Shown here piece by piece: positions 39,115 to 50,619 of a DNA stretch of 64,000 bases (positions within the stretch are counted from its first letter, which is position 1; the number at the start of each line of letters is the position of its first letter). The notes beneath the pieces were generated by a model. It did no database searches. It was given only the letters and a program-made list of their open reading frames with translations, and was not told where the DNA came from. The stretch is from NCBI GenBank assembly GCA_013265495.1, contig MU057724.1, forward strand, positions 1,441,102-1,505,101, given 5' to 3'. Source of the stretch: Vicugna vicugna (Eukaryota). Made by a program: the position numbers and the translations under genes.

Positions 39115-39553
39115 GACGTTAGGGTTATGGGTTTGTCTACACAATGTCCCTCGTCCTCTTCTTCACAATCACCTAAGTGTTCTTAGCTAAGATCCTGTTT
39201 CCCAAACTCCCTGGGGTCCCTATTTACTTGCTAATAGGGTGTAGGCTGGACTGTGTGGAACCTCTGGGAAGTTTGTGAGTCAGCGGGGCTGGTCTCACAG
39301 TAGCTGGGAAAGTCAGCACCACGGACGGGGCCCCAGCGCCATCGAGGCAGGAACTGAGGGCGGCAGCCTCACCGAGGATGAGGACGGCGAGGCAGAGAGA
39401 AGACGAGCCTGGCTCCCTGACGACGAGGCCACCGCCTCCCAGCCTTGGATAACCTACTTCTGGACGCCTTATTTTGTGAGAGAAAAGTGACCCTTTCACG
39501 TTGAAGTCGTGCGCTTTCTTGATGCACAGCTGAACCTAACCCTAAATGACACA
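39115..39553 (+). mobile_element. MLT1J/H-like LTR
   Basis: gagcctggctccctgacgac...cctacttctggacgccttattttgtgagagaaaa...cagctgaacctaaccctaaatgacaca. Confidence 0.6.
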
Positions 39554-39769
39554 GGCCTGGGGGGAGGCAGCAAAGCTAGTCCCAACGGTATTAGCATTTG
39601 AGCCATTTGAAATTGCTCTTTCTTTAGGCTGAAAAAAAAAAAGCAAGCGTTAGCAAAGGAGTATGGCTCAAGCTGAGCAGTGTTAGCAGCCTTGCAAAGT
39701 GGGAGCTGGGCTAGGACACGGAAACGGGGAAAGAGGACAGACTCAGGGTACCTGCTGGACGCCACGTGG

Positions 39770-39912
39770 GGCCGAGAGCTGCCTCAGCAACGTGAGAAGA
39801 GACACCTCTGTTGTTCTCACCAGTTAGGAAACCCCAAGGCTTTGGGGAGCTCTTGCCAGATACAGGGACAGAGACCAAATATGCGTTTCTTACTGTAAAT
39901 CACAGTATCACA
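39770..39912 (-). mobile_element. MER21-like LTR fragment
   Basis: aggaaaccccaaggctttggggagctcttgccagatacagggacagagaccaaatat...cacagtatcaca. Confidence 0.7.
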
Positions 39913-41589
39913 TATACCGTGATCCACCTTTTTGTTCATAAGACACACTGCTAACGAGACAAGTACGCCAAATCTGCAAACTGTGGTATCAATACTGTAC
40001 ACATTTAAATCCACTTGTGTAGAAAAGCTACAAAGCACAAGCTATGCCCTAAGGAACAATTTAAAAATTGAAGTCGTACCATAAATCTTATTTTATTGAT
40101 TTATGTTACAATGACCCCCTCCCTCCCAGCTTTTCACCGGAGCTGCCAGGCCCCCATGGAACATTTGTTTTGAAAGATCTCATAGCCACATTTTCTCCAG
40201 ACATGAAAATACGATGCATATTTCATTTTTTTCATCATCCAGATGGTGAAAGGCGTCACCGTCCAGAACACTGATTTTCCCGTCTACACGGAGCACTCAG
40301 GCTATCACTTCACTCAGAGCGCCGTAATCCTGGAAAATGATCAGCCTTCACCCTGAGGGCCACGTCACCTTCAGCGGCAGCAATCTGGGGAAATGTTTTC
40401 CAAGTCAGTCACAGCTCTTACGAGGGATGCACTGCTATTCTGCTTGCCCAAAATCCATCATCACTGAATTGGATAATTCTATTACGGAACATGAGACACA
40501 GCACTTTTCTACCAAAGTGAAACAGTTCTGTTTCAAGTCCGTCCCTGCTCAGTGGCTCAGAGCTGCCCTTTCTGACCTGAGCTTCCTGTTTCGGGCTCTT
40601 CCTGTAAACTTGTTGGCAGTGTGTCTCCTTCATCTTACTTTTCTGCAGTTCGTACCAGGTTCCTGTTAAACTTTAGCTGCACCAGCCTAACCAGCAAGAA
40701 CAAGTCAACCTGGACCCTTGGGAGCATCTGTCCAACGGCTCCTCTGGGACGTTGATAACAGCACAACATCTGCATGTAGGTAAACTACAACACAATGACC
40801 CAAGGTTAATCAATCAGTAAATGTGACCTGTATTCAAATCCGGGTCAGCCAGTTTCCAAAACAGTATGTTTTCTATTGCATAACTGATTACAAAATTAAT
40901 AAATTGTACAGTTTACATTTGCATAAAGAGGTATCTCTTTATTGTTTGAAGTCACTGACTTCACAATGCACTGCTCTGCTTCTAACGTACTGCAAGTCGA
41001 ACACAGTTTAGAACCGTAAGGAGGAAGAAGAACAACGTGTCAGGAATGCCCGCTGTGTGCCAGGCACTAAGGTAGAAATTTCACAATTTCAATCACTTCC
41101 AATCGGCAGCTTCCACCCAGCATTTTCTGGAAAATGCCATTGGTAATTAGGATTTCACAGTAGGTCCTGTGGATTTAGAAGAGGTCATCTACCCCAGTGA
41201 TCCTGCCACAGTGTATAACTTCTCAAATGTTAAATTGAAGGCAATAAATTGGTTTGGCAAGATAATTCTATTTGATACATAATAATTTATTTCAATATCT
41301 ATCAAATAATTTATAATCCCTGCTCGTTAGAGCATCTTAAAGGTTGTAACCAGAATGCTCAGTTTCCACCCTTTGCTGTATCGTGGGCTTGTCTACTACC
41401 GTGTGAGGGACACTCGCTGAGCGCTGGGAAGCCAACAGTGAAGGAGGCAGCGGTGGCCTCACTCACGCTGGGGCTCCTTTCTCGTGGGTAAACGGGTAAT
41501 AAATGTAGTCAGTTCATGTTTGCTGCAATAAGGCAAGGCCTTTGTTGGTGGGGTCTTCTGTTTTTTTAAGAAACCTCAGTGTTTCACGT

Positions 41590-41830
41590 CGCATTTGCCT
41601 TTTTGGGTGAAACTGGAATCACAGCTTAGGCTGAGAGTATTCTGTAATTCCTGTGAGTTTTCTGTCTTGGGGATTTGCTCATTTCTGCACTGGGTCCTTT
41701 TCTCTGGCTGGTAGGAGCTCTTTAATATTAACTAGTAAGTTATCAACATTCTCCTACTTTTTTCTTTCTTTGTCTTTGCCTCTAACATGGCCTTTTTTAA
41801 TTAGACCATTTGTTTTTGCTTTAATCCAGT
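41590..41830 (-). mobile_element. Old L1 ORF2 fragment
   Basis: Reverse complement reads taaagagctcctaccagccagagaaaaggacccagtgcagaaatgagcaaa. Confidence 0.5.
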
Positions 41831-42999
41831 TTCCTAACAAAGTAGAAAAAGTGAAAGTCTAGGCTCCCCACGTCTCTATTTTATGGTTTCTGCCCACATA
41901 GATTTAACGTCCCCGTTGCTGAGCAGTGCTGGAAAGCGGGAACTGTCAGAAACCTTCACGAGGTTTACTACAGAGGACGTGTGGCTTTCTTAATTACTAA
42001 CCATCACTCAGCCTGTCCTTTCAAGTGCAGCTTCTTCCAAAAAGCTGGTAAATTCTGTTTTACTTACATATAAATAAAAGCAATTTATGTCAAACACGTT
42101 TTTCATCCGTTAATGACGGACAGAAGAACCATGATAAACAACGCTGATACAACATGCCTTTAACTTACATTCTTTGATGAAACTGAGAGGAGAGAAATTG
42201 AGTGGTTGAAATGCTTATTTTTAAGAGTGCGGGACACTCCGTATGTGACGGGAATTATTCACCTCTATCCTACAGACTCTCTCATCTTAATTTAATCTTG
42301 TTGATGCTCTAACGAGTCAAAATTGAAGGAAAATCCTAGTTTGATATTGATACAGATGGGCCACGATATGGATTAAAAAGAACGTGTGAATCTTTCATTA
42401 CTAATTTAGTTTATAATCTTACTTTCCCACAAGAAAATCACTCTATGACCAAACAGTCAACCAGAAATGTTTGAATGATGCGTCTGAACATACTGCTTTT
42501 TTCCTGGAAGCCACCTGCCTGTATCCCTTTGAGAACGTCCAGCAGTCACATTTACTGCAGTCAACTCTGTGGAGACGCTGTGAATGCTGTTAGCATCAAA
42601 GTGCTGTCAACAAAGATGTGAATAAGGAGGAAAAATGAGTTAATAATCAACATGAAAACTATGTATTTGAAGAGCCAATAGTAAACCTACATGTAAGTAA
42701 ACTATCGCTGATAATCTGAACTTGCCCTTCCTCTGATGAGAAATGTCTTAAACTTCTCTATCAGCTCTGGCCAGCACAGCTGGAGGAGGTCACCGTAGCA
42801 ACGCAGGAGAGTCATCCATCGCAGACTCTTCTCTTAGCAATCCCTACTGCACGAGGCAACGTGCGTTAATAACAATTGCACGATTTCTCCTCATTTATTT
42901 AAGTGAATTCTCTCCTTCAAGCTGCAGAGGGAGGATAATGTCCTTAGAGCTGCAGAGACAGTCTCCCGCCAGTTTATTTGAGGTAGGAAGGCAAATTCT

Positions 43000-43350
43000 G
43001 TATCAACCTACACCTGCGGGGAGCCCTTCCATGGACCACAACACAGAAGCAGACCCAAAGCTAAAGTCAAAGGCAAAACTGTCTAATCTCGAGCATTCAC
43101 AAAAGAAGAATTGCTTCTGCATCTCAGAACGGGCCAAGGCTGCTTCAACAGAGGCCAAAAAGGCATCAACCGCAAAAGAAAAGATGCATACAAGCCAGTG
43201 AGACTGTTCAGGGAGTGAGCAGACGAGGAGGAAACTGCTTCAGGGCACGTGCCACTGAGGAGTCCCGTGTGAGAGTTTACAGTATCGCACTACGGATTTG
43301 TGTGCTTTACTGCATACGCTTTTTGCTTCAATATAAAAGAAAAGAAAAGT
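43000..43350 (+). mobile_element. Old L1ME-like fragments
   Basis: aaaggcatcaaccgcaaaagaaaagatg; gatttgtgtgctttactgcatacg...ttcaatataaaag. Confidence 0.45.
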
Positions 43351-43696
43351 AGTTCAGGGTCTGAAGTTCTGCAGAATTTAATATTGAAAAGATACACAGG
43401 TTTCAATGCCAGGACGATTTAGATACTGTCTTATGTACGTCCCATTGAAAGAGAATAAATTACGGTCTTGCATCTGTAGAACTAACAATGAGCCCATGCG
43501 GTAAACGTCACATTGAGTGGCCTAAGAGAGGGACAGACTTCTTCAGAGAAAGTGACTTTCAATTAATGTACAAAAAAGTTCTTCAATATGCAAGAATTAT
43601 CATTATTTTTGACCCTGTGTAACATTTTATGCAGAAAAAATGTGAACCACTTGCTCAGTATAGCTTTGCTGGACTGATTTCTGACATGAGAGCAGT

Positions 43697-44218
43697 TGTC
43701 ATAGGAAGAGCAAGTCTGACTCCACATGAGATCTGTTCCTTCAGCTCCAACCCCGGGCTCTGCTTCCTGGGCTCAGTCACGCTGGTTCTGCACCTTTTGT
43801 AAAAAAATGTTGCCTCGGGCGTGAAATATACAGAACGCCCATTCTCAAGGCCCTGGTCTTTAAGGGTGTAACACTTCCCATCCACACAGAGATAAAAAAG
43901 CTGCAGAACAGAGAGTGACATTGGTCTTGTTGGAGGTGTTACAGGGCCTCATGACCTGACCTATGGGGACAGCTACAAGAACAAAGGATTCCAACACCAA
44001 GAAGTTTGCATCAACCAACCGCATGCAGCCTCTCCCCTTTTTAGTATAAAAGGACCCTGAATTCTGACTTGAGGAAGATGGTTCTCCAGGACATGTGTCC
44101 CCCATCTCCTTGGTCTGCTGGCTCTCTGAATAAAGTCATTATTCCTTGCACCAACAACTCGTCTCCCAGTTTACTGGCCTGTGGTGCAGGGAGCAGAACG
44201 AGTTTGGACTAGGTCACA
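43697..44218 (+). mobile_element. Complete solo ERV1-type LTR (MER41/LTR39-like)
   Basis: TG...CA ends; 4-bp TSD cagt (43693-43696, 44219-44222); TATAAA 44045-44050; AATAAA 44129-44134. Confidence 0.9.
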
Positions 44219-45305
44219 CAGTGAGTATTTAGTAATTTATTAAATATTTATTTTGCGTTGACTTTGTGAAAAGCACTCTGCTCGCTATCTGTGTTGCTAG
44301 GAAAATCAGCAGGACTATGTGGACACAATTCCAATCCTTGTAAAACAGCGTAGACACGTAAGCCCACACACACTGAGTCAAAACTTGACATAAAAACTTT
44401 AATCCTGTTTCACACATGATCCTTGTTCTGGTACTTATTTTTACTGAGCCAATAATCACACGCTAAAGAGTCGGGTATATAACCTCATATGTTAATGGTG
44501 ATGAGTGACGCCAGTCATAAAGTAAGCAATAAACAACCTCCTTGATGACAATCGCATTTCCCAAACATCACTGCAGTAATACACTGATGCGAGAATATTA
44601 TTATAAAATAAAGGAGAAAAACGTCTATTTGTATGTGGTAAAACTGGGCCAAATGGTACAGTTTCACATCTCATTATAATAAGGGACTTGGATATTTTAA
44701 TAGAATTGTAAAGTAAGACAGAAAAATATACTTTTATCCAAGTGAAAAGAAAATGAAGAAAATTTTGTCATTTTGTTTTTATGAGATGAGAATCCACTTA
44801 TATTTTAGATTTTTTTCTATTTAAAACAGAATAGAAAAAAATGCACGTTGTCCAAGCTCATTCATTCTTTGAGAGAAGCTGTAAGCTCTCGGTGGGGAAT
44901 GCAGTCGCCCAGGGGCGACCTTCCAGAAAATATAAGCCCACCTCGGCTCCACCCCTCCCTCACACCTCCCTTTGGCCAAACCCAGCCCCAAGCCACAGGG
45001 CGAGGGACCCACTGCCGCCACCCCACGGTCAGCCTCCCGGGACAGAGCTGGTGGGGGGAGGGGGTCCGAGAGGACAAAGAAGGAAGACGCCCCCCCGTAC
45101 TGCCAGGTCCCCATCATTCCTTTTCAAGATCTGAGCCAGCATTTTCCAGAGCCAGACGAGACCGTCTGCAGTCAAGGGTACGACTTCTCCTTTCAGCTGT
45201 CTGGTTCCTTTTTTGGTGAAAACAATCTAATGAATTAGGTCAAGAGAATGCCATCAGTTAAATCTGGATGTATGCAATAAAGTCTTAGCAAGCAGAGACG
45301 TTCGA

Positions 45306-45485
45306 GTAAAGAGGTTAAGAGCTTGGACTTGGATTCACCTGGATGCTAATCTGTGACCCGGTGTCCTCACATCCAAAATTACATTACTCACACCTACCTC
45401 ACCAGATGTGTGAGGGTTAAGTGAAATAACTCATGTAAAGCTTTTGGCAGGAGTCCTGACACACAGTGAATGGCAGCTAATTGAT
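45306..45485 (+). mobile_element. MIR SINE
   Basis: gaggttaagagcttggact...acctacctcac...gtgagggttaagtgaaataactcatgtaaagc...cctgacacacagtga. Confidence 0.75.
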
Positions 45486-46069
45486 GTAAGACACTTACGT
45501 TACAGTGGATTGAGGAATGCCGTGCACTTCTCAGGTCGGTGTGGAACAGGTGCCCCTGGGCTAACCTTGAGATACATGAGGAAATGAGAAGTTCTGAAAA
45601 AGGAGTTAATCAAAGAGATCGGTCAAGCTAAGGACCGCAGAGGAGTGATTTAGAGCAAGCACGCTCGGAGCAGATGGAAATTTGAGTCCCTGGAATCTTT
45701 CTCTAACCATGATTAATGAACATGGCGAGTGTAATATGAAATGGAAAATTGATTAGAGATCACTGGGAAGCCTTCTTTAGCCGTCAGGAGGACTCAGTCC
45801 AGCTACAAGGACGTCAGCAATAATGAATGAGAACAGCGTTAAGAGGAATCACATTCCAGGGAAGAATTTATTTGCCTCCAAAATTGCACATGCATGGAGC
45901 ACACTGCCCACTGCTCCATTCTGAATCGCCTTCCTCCCAGTCAGGCAAAACACTCTCAGAATCACTAAGAATAACAAAATCCCACATAACCACAGTGTCA
46001 GGAAACAGAGAAGAACAGAGTCTTCAAATAGAACTAGACACAAAAGAACAAAAGTCCAGCAGACAGCCA

Positions 46070-46497
46070 CGCTGCCGAGTCCAGACTCGTTCTGCTCACC
46101 CCATGACAGGCCAGTGAACTGGGAGATGAGATGCTGGGGAAAGGAATAATGCCTGTATTTGGAAAGACAGCAGAACGAGAAGATGGCAGACTCATGTCCT
46201 GGAGAATCAGCTTCCCCGAGTCAGAATTCAGGCTCCTTTTATACTGAAAAGGTGTGGTTAGCTGTTGCAAAGTTCTTGGTGTCAGAATCCTTTGTTCTTC
46301 TAGCTGTCCAGGTAGGTAAGGTCATGAGGTTCCCATAAACTTCCAACAAGACAAATGTTATTTTCTGTTCTGCAATTTTTTTATCTTTATATGAATGGAA
46401 GAGCATTACACTCTTAAACGTCAGAGCCTTGAAGATGGGCTCTCCTGTATATTTCAGGCTGTAGGCAACATTCTTACATAAAAGGTGCAGAACCAGT
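46070..46497 (-). mobile_element. Second LTR of the same family, inverted and 5'-truncated
   Basis: Reverse complement matches about 43785-44218 (agtccagactcgttctgctc, gtcagaattcagg.tccttttatact, aatcctttgttctt.tagctgtcc, aaaaggtgcagaaccag). Confidence 0.9.
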
Positions 46498-47883
46498 AAA
46501 TAATGTATTAACTTGAGCCAATCTGAAAAGTAAGTTATCTTTTAAATTTTTTTCCTCATGTAAATTAATGCTACTTGTGGGAAAATACTGATTTGATTCA
46601 GTCAGAAAACACTTGTAATGTTAATGAAAACTGGACCATCTGCAGATTAAACATAGCAAATAAATTACTTCATGATGTGTTGAGCACAGTGTGAGTATCG
46701 ATGCTAAATCCTGTTTTCCATTATTGCTGCAAAATGTCATTAAAAGTATTTGTGAATTCAAAATGATTAAATCTTTTGACCTATACAAACGAAATAATCC
46801 CTGAAGACACGGCATCAAAATTCTAATTTTCCTTCAGACTTTTGTGCATTGGAGGATGATAATGAATTCATTAGTTTTTTTTACACAATAAAGTTCATCT
46901 TGACTTTGCATTCTATTTTAATAACTTGAAGAGTTCAAGAGCTACATTCGATCTTATGATAATTTTGCTTGAGACGTTATCTTGAAAAGCTTCCTCAAAC
47001 TCCCATTTGCAAATACACAGCCTAAGATGTTGCAAGTATATTTAAAGGTAAAAGTAGGAAAAATGCAATCATCACAAGCAAAAGCACTGAAAATAAACAC
47101 AAGGGTGTGTCTGTCGAGCCTCTTTATCTTATCTTCTTATCACCTTGGCCTCTTCTTCATGTGGAAACACTAACGTGAAACCAAATGCTTCTGTCCCTAA
47201 GCCCCTGTAATGCCCCTCTGTAAATAGTTTATTCAGACTAGAGCAGGTAGTTCCTGTGCTCAGCTGTGAACTGTTCTGAAACCTTTTCTTCACAGGCCAC
47301 TCACCCAATTCTAACAGTTCACAATTGTCATTCTTTAGGTGAAAGCTTTAAAATATACCCGTTAAAACACAGATGACTTCACTGGCCGTGAGGAGGGGTG
47401 CAGAGAGGACACACAGAGGAGACTAGATTCATTCAACAGTCCCAAAATACTTTTGAAGGATTGTAGGGCATATGAATAATTTTCATTCATCACGTTTGGC
47501 CAAACGTGTTTGATCACTTCTTCAAGACCTCACTTAATTCCACGTCCACTTATCCATTCACTCCATAAATAGTCATTTCCTGCTGGGGACCAGGCACTGT
47601 CCTTGGCATAGTAGCCGCTGAGGCACACGCACCAGCAGGGCATCCTTCCTGGCTCCGCCCTGCAGGGCATCTTTAGTTCTTCCACAGTTCTCACAACGGG
47701 TACCACCTAGCGGTCACGGTCTGCACTGCCTTGTATTGTGTATTGCATGTGACATCCGCCTCCTCTGCTGGAGAGTGACAGCTCCTGCAAGGGGATGGTC
47801 TCATTCTGCATAGAACACTGAGCAGTGTCTGATTGTGAAGGTGATGGGGTTGCCGATGGACTGGAATTTAAAACTGTGTTGTG

Positions 47884-47988
47884 GGGGGGTGGGTATAGCT
47901 CAGTTCGTAGAGTGCATGCTTAGCATGTGCGAGATCATGTGTTCAATCCCCGTACCTCCATTAAAAAAAAAAAGTAAAATCAATAAAA
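47884..47988 (+). mobile_element. tRNA-Ala(AGC)-derived SINE (camelid Vic-1-like)
   Basis: gggtatagctcagttcgtagagtgcatgcttagcatgtgcgagatcatgtgttcaatccccgtacctcca plus an A-rich tail; A and B boxes; 15-bp TSD taaaa(c/a)tgtgttgtg at 47869-47883 and 47989-48003. Confidence 0.85.
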
Positions 47989-48385
47989 TAAAAATGTGTT
48001 GTGTGCATGTGTATTCTTCGGCTTCCAATTCATGTGCAGTGTTTCCCTGCTGTACTTCCCAGTGCCTTACTGGGGCTGACTGGCTGATTACCCAGTGACA
48101 AATGGAACTGATTTCAGCATACCCTGATATATTTTTTAAAATACGGCAATGTTCCAAAATCCAGTTTTCCAATTCCCAACATGAGGGACTATTTTCATAA
48201 CAGATTTATTTCAGAGACTTTTAAAATATTGATTTTGGGGGAGGAAAAGATGAATTAAGAAAGAGCACGATCTCTAGAGTGAAAACCTACTGGGTTTAAG
48301 CTCTAGCTGCAAGGATTCATTCACAAAATAGTGTCTTAACAGCACTGTTTACTTAGCACCGACTACACGCTACAAAGACATGCAA

Positions 48386-48800
48386 GGTGGTGACTCGTTG
48401 TGGTTGTGACTGCATCTCTGAAAATTAGTGATGTTGAGCATTTTTAGACACTTGTTGAATCTTTATATGTCTTTTTTGGGGGGAAAATGTCTGTTTGGGT
48501 CTTTTGCCCATTTTTTCAGTTGGGTATTTGATTCTTTTGCTATTAAGTTGCAGGAGTTGCTTATGTATTTTGGATATTAACCCCTTACTGGATATCTGGC
48601 TTACAAACGTCCTCTTGCATCCCACAGGTCACCTTTGCATTTTGTTGATTGTTTCCTTTGTCACGTAGAAACTTTTTAGTTTGATGTAGCCCCACTTCTC
48701 TATTTTTGCTTTCTTTGCCTGTGCTTTTGGTGTCAAATCCAAAAAAAAAAAATCATTGCAAAGGTCAGTGTCAAGGAGCTGTTCCCCCACGCTTTCTCCT
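48386..48800 (-). mobile_element. L1 ORF2 C-terminal fragment
   Basis: attagtgatgttgagcatttt; ISSKGLISKIHKQLLQLNSKRIKYPTEK. Confidence 0.9.
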
Positions 48801-49816
48801 TGCTGGACACCTTTAGTATATACAATTTTTATACGTCAATCATACTCCAATAAAGCTGGGGAAAGTAAAGGAAGAAATTATGCATCGAGACTGAAAAAAT
48901 GTGCAAGACACTGAGGTCATAATTGTGAAAATATAGACCCTTTTCAACGCACTCAGGGTCTAGGAATAGCTAAATAAACCATCCACCAGCAGCGTGAAGC
49001 ACAGCCACGACGTTTGCGCAGGAAGCGGAGGAAACGCGTCGGGAGCACATCTGCTCTGCCTGGCAGGACTGGGGAGGACTGGGGAGGGGTCTCTGGCGAT
49101 AAATCGAGAGGAATCAGCCGGGAGGGGGAAGGTAAAGGATAAGGGAAGTGTTCCGGGCAGAAGAAACAGGGAAGGCCCACCAGCGACAAGGAGGGCAGCT
49201 TGCTGATGACACTGACGTGACTTCACGCGTCCCACCTTGAAACAGGGCTGAGCCGTGCACACTCGCCTCACCGGGGCTCATCTGCAGAGATCAGATGAGA
49301 CGAAAATGCACAGTGTGTATGAGAAGACAGGCGCCCCTACCTTCACTGGGGCGGCTTCAGTTTACAGTAAAGACTTATTTTTAAATTATTATTTGATTGA
49401 TTTAATTTATTGACATACAAGTGAAAATAATCTGAAGTTATTAAATGCAATTTATAAGCATTATTCTACAAAAGTACTACATTTTACCAAGTTATGTACA
49501 AGGGTTTTCGTATCTTAGATAATTAAAACCCTTTATACGTTATAAACATTATAAATTTAACATATCCAATTTCCTAAGTGCCTAATTGTCTAACAAACAA
49601 AATGCTTCCAGTTACTAAATAAGTCTTATAAATCTAATGAGTTACACTCCTAAAGTTGATATATTCTCAGTGCTTTTAAATATTGCAATATGGCTTAAAA
49701 TCTTAGTGAAAATTCCTCTGTATCTTTCAATCGTAAGTATTAAGATAACTAGTCTTTCTATATATTTCAAATAGAAAATAAGGTTATCTGTTAGGCCTCT
49801 AACCTCCCAAATTCTT

Positions 49817-50068
49817 TTAAGCATGACAAATACAGTGAGCGATATGAAATGTCTGCAGTTGTTCAAATGCAAAAGAATATTCAGAAAATGGGTTCAATTT
49901 TCTACGTAACTTTTTATATTTAATTCTATTTATTCTGGAATTCATAGCCAGCACGCTTATCCAGCAACAGTCACGCCACCCGAACAAACCCCGATTCTCT
50001 TTCCAGGACTTCTGCGTCACCCGTAGAGGGGTTTGGCTGGGAAGATGGCTCGGGTCTGGCCCAAGAGA
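49817..50068 (-). pseudogene. Probable terminal exon: eroded membrane segment plus basic cytoplasmic tail
   Basis: ...WISVLAMNSRINRIKYKKLRRKLNPFSEYSFAFEQLQTFHI...*. Confidence 0.45.
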
Positions 50069-50368
50069 CTGAGCAAACGCAGGGAGCCCTGCTGCCCCGA
50101 GCACAAGGCCCCCTACCCACCGCGGACAGCAGGGCCTACAGAGTCGTCTGACTTAAGTCTGAAACCTACCGGCCAGAGCTCACCATCCGCTGACTGAATC
50201 AAACCCACGCATTTACTGCTTAATGCTGTTCTCCAAGGGTACTCCTCTCCTCCCCACCATTTCTTTAGCTATTTCCCTGGCAGCCCCGTGAGCCTGTCAC
50301 CTCACTCACACCCCCGACACTGGTCAGTGCCTGGCGCTGCCCTGGGCACCGACGCACGGCCAACGCAC

Positions 50369-50544
50369 GTAAGTTTCATTCTCTCAGGGGCTGGCAGGCT
50401 CCAGGGTTCGTGTCCCACGAGGACGTAGATGGAGAATTAAACAAGACGGAAGAGTAACTGGGTGACTCCTTTCATGAGCTGGTCAAATACGCCCTTTTCA
50501 AAAGAAAATGAGCAAAATCTATAAAACTGAGGGAGGATTGCTTC
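50369..50544 (-). pseudogene. Pseudo-exon
   Basis: Strong acceptor ctgtcccttctctccag; coding-like (EAILPQFYRFCSFSFEKGVFDQLMKG or KQSSLSFIDFAHFLLKRAY) with stops in all frames. Confidence 0.4.
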
Positions 50545-50619
50545 CTGGAGAGAAGGGACAGCCAGTGAGATGGGACTGAACACAACGTATGTAAGCGTCT
50601 GAAAGTCAGTCAGGAACAC

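Larger units (their letters stand above)
4780..42921 (-). pseudogene. Large decayed multi-exon gene (or genes), unidentified
   Basis: Minus-strand exons with good sites: 42691-42921, 35223-35240, 27886-28241, 10265-10371, 8805-8856. Further acceptors at 40662, 37464 and 34254; donors at 24864, 17533, 14856 and 6610. A long coding-like block lies at about 4780-6460 (IELTFENAAPKTRTKDTCPSKTPNLVNDSLLELKERHLKDKNVSLPIEKRNAFL*). Stops and frameshifts are pervasive. Confidence 0.45.

Noticed and set aside
4780..42921. Assignment to a known gene such as MCPH1, C4orf50, KIAA1549 or SPACA7
   Set aside because: Hand translations did not match the sequences as I recall them, so no symbol is given.
47884..47960. 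Functional tRNA-Ala gene
   Set aside because: Mismatched stems, a poly-A tail and a TSD show it is a retroposed SINE.
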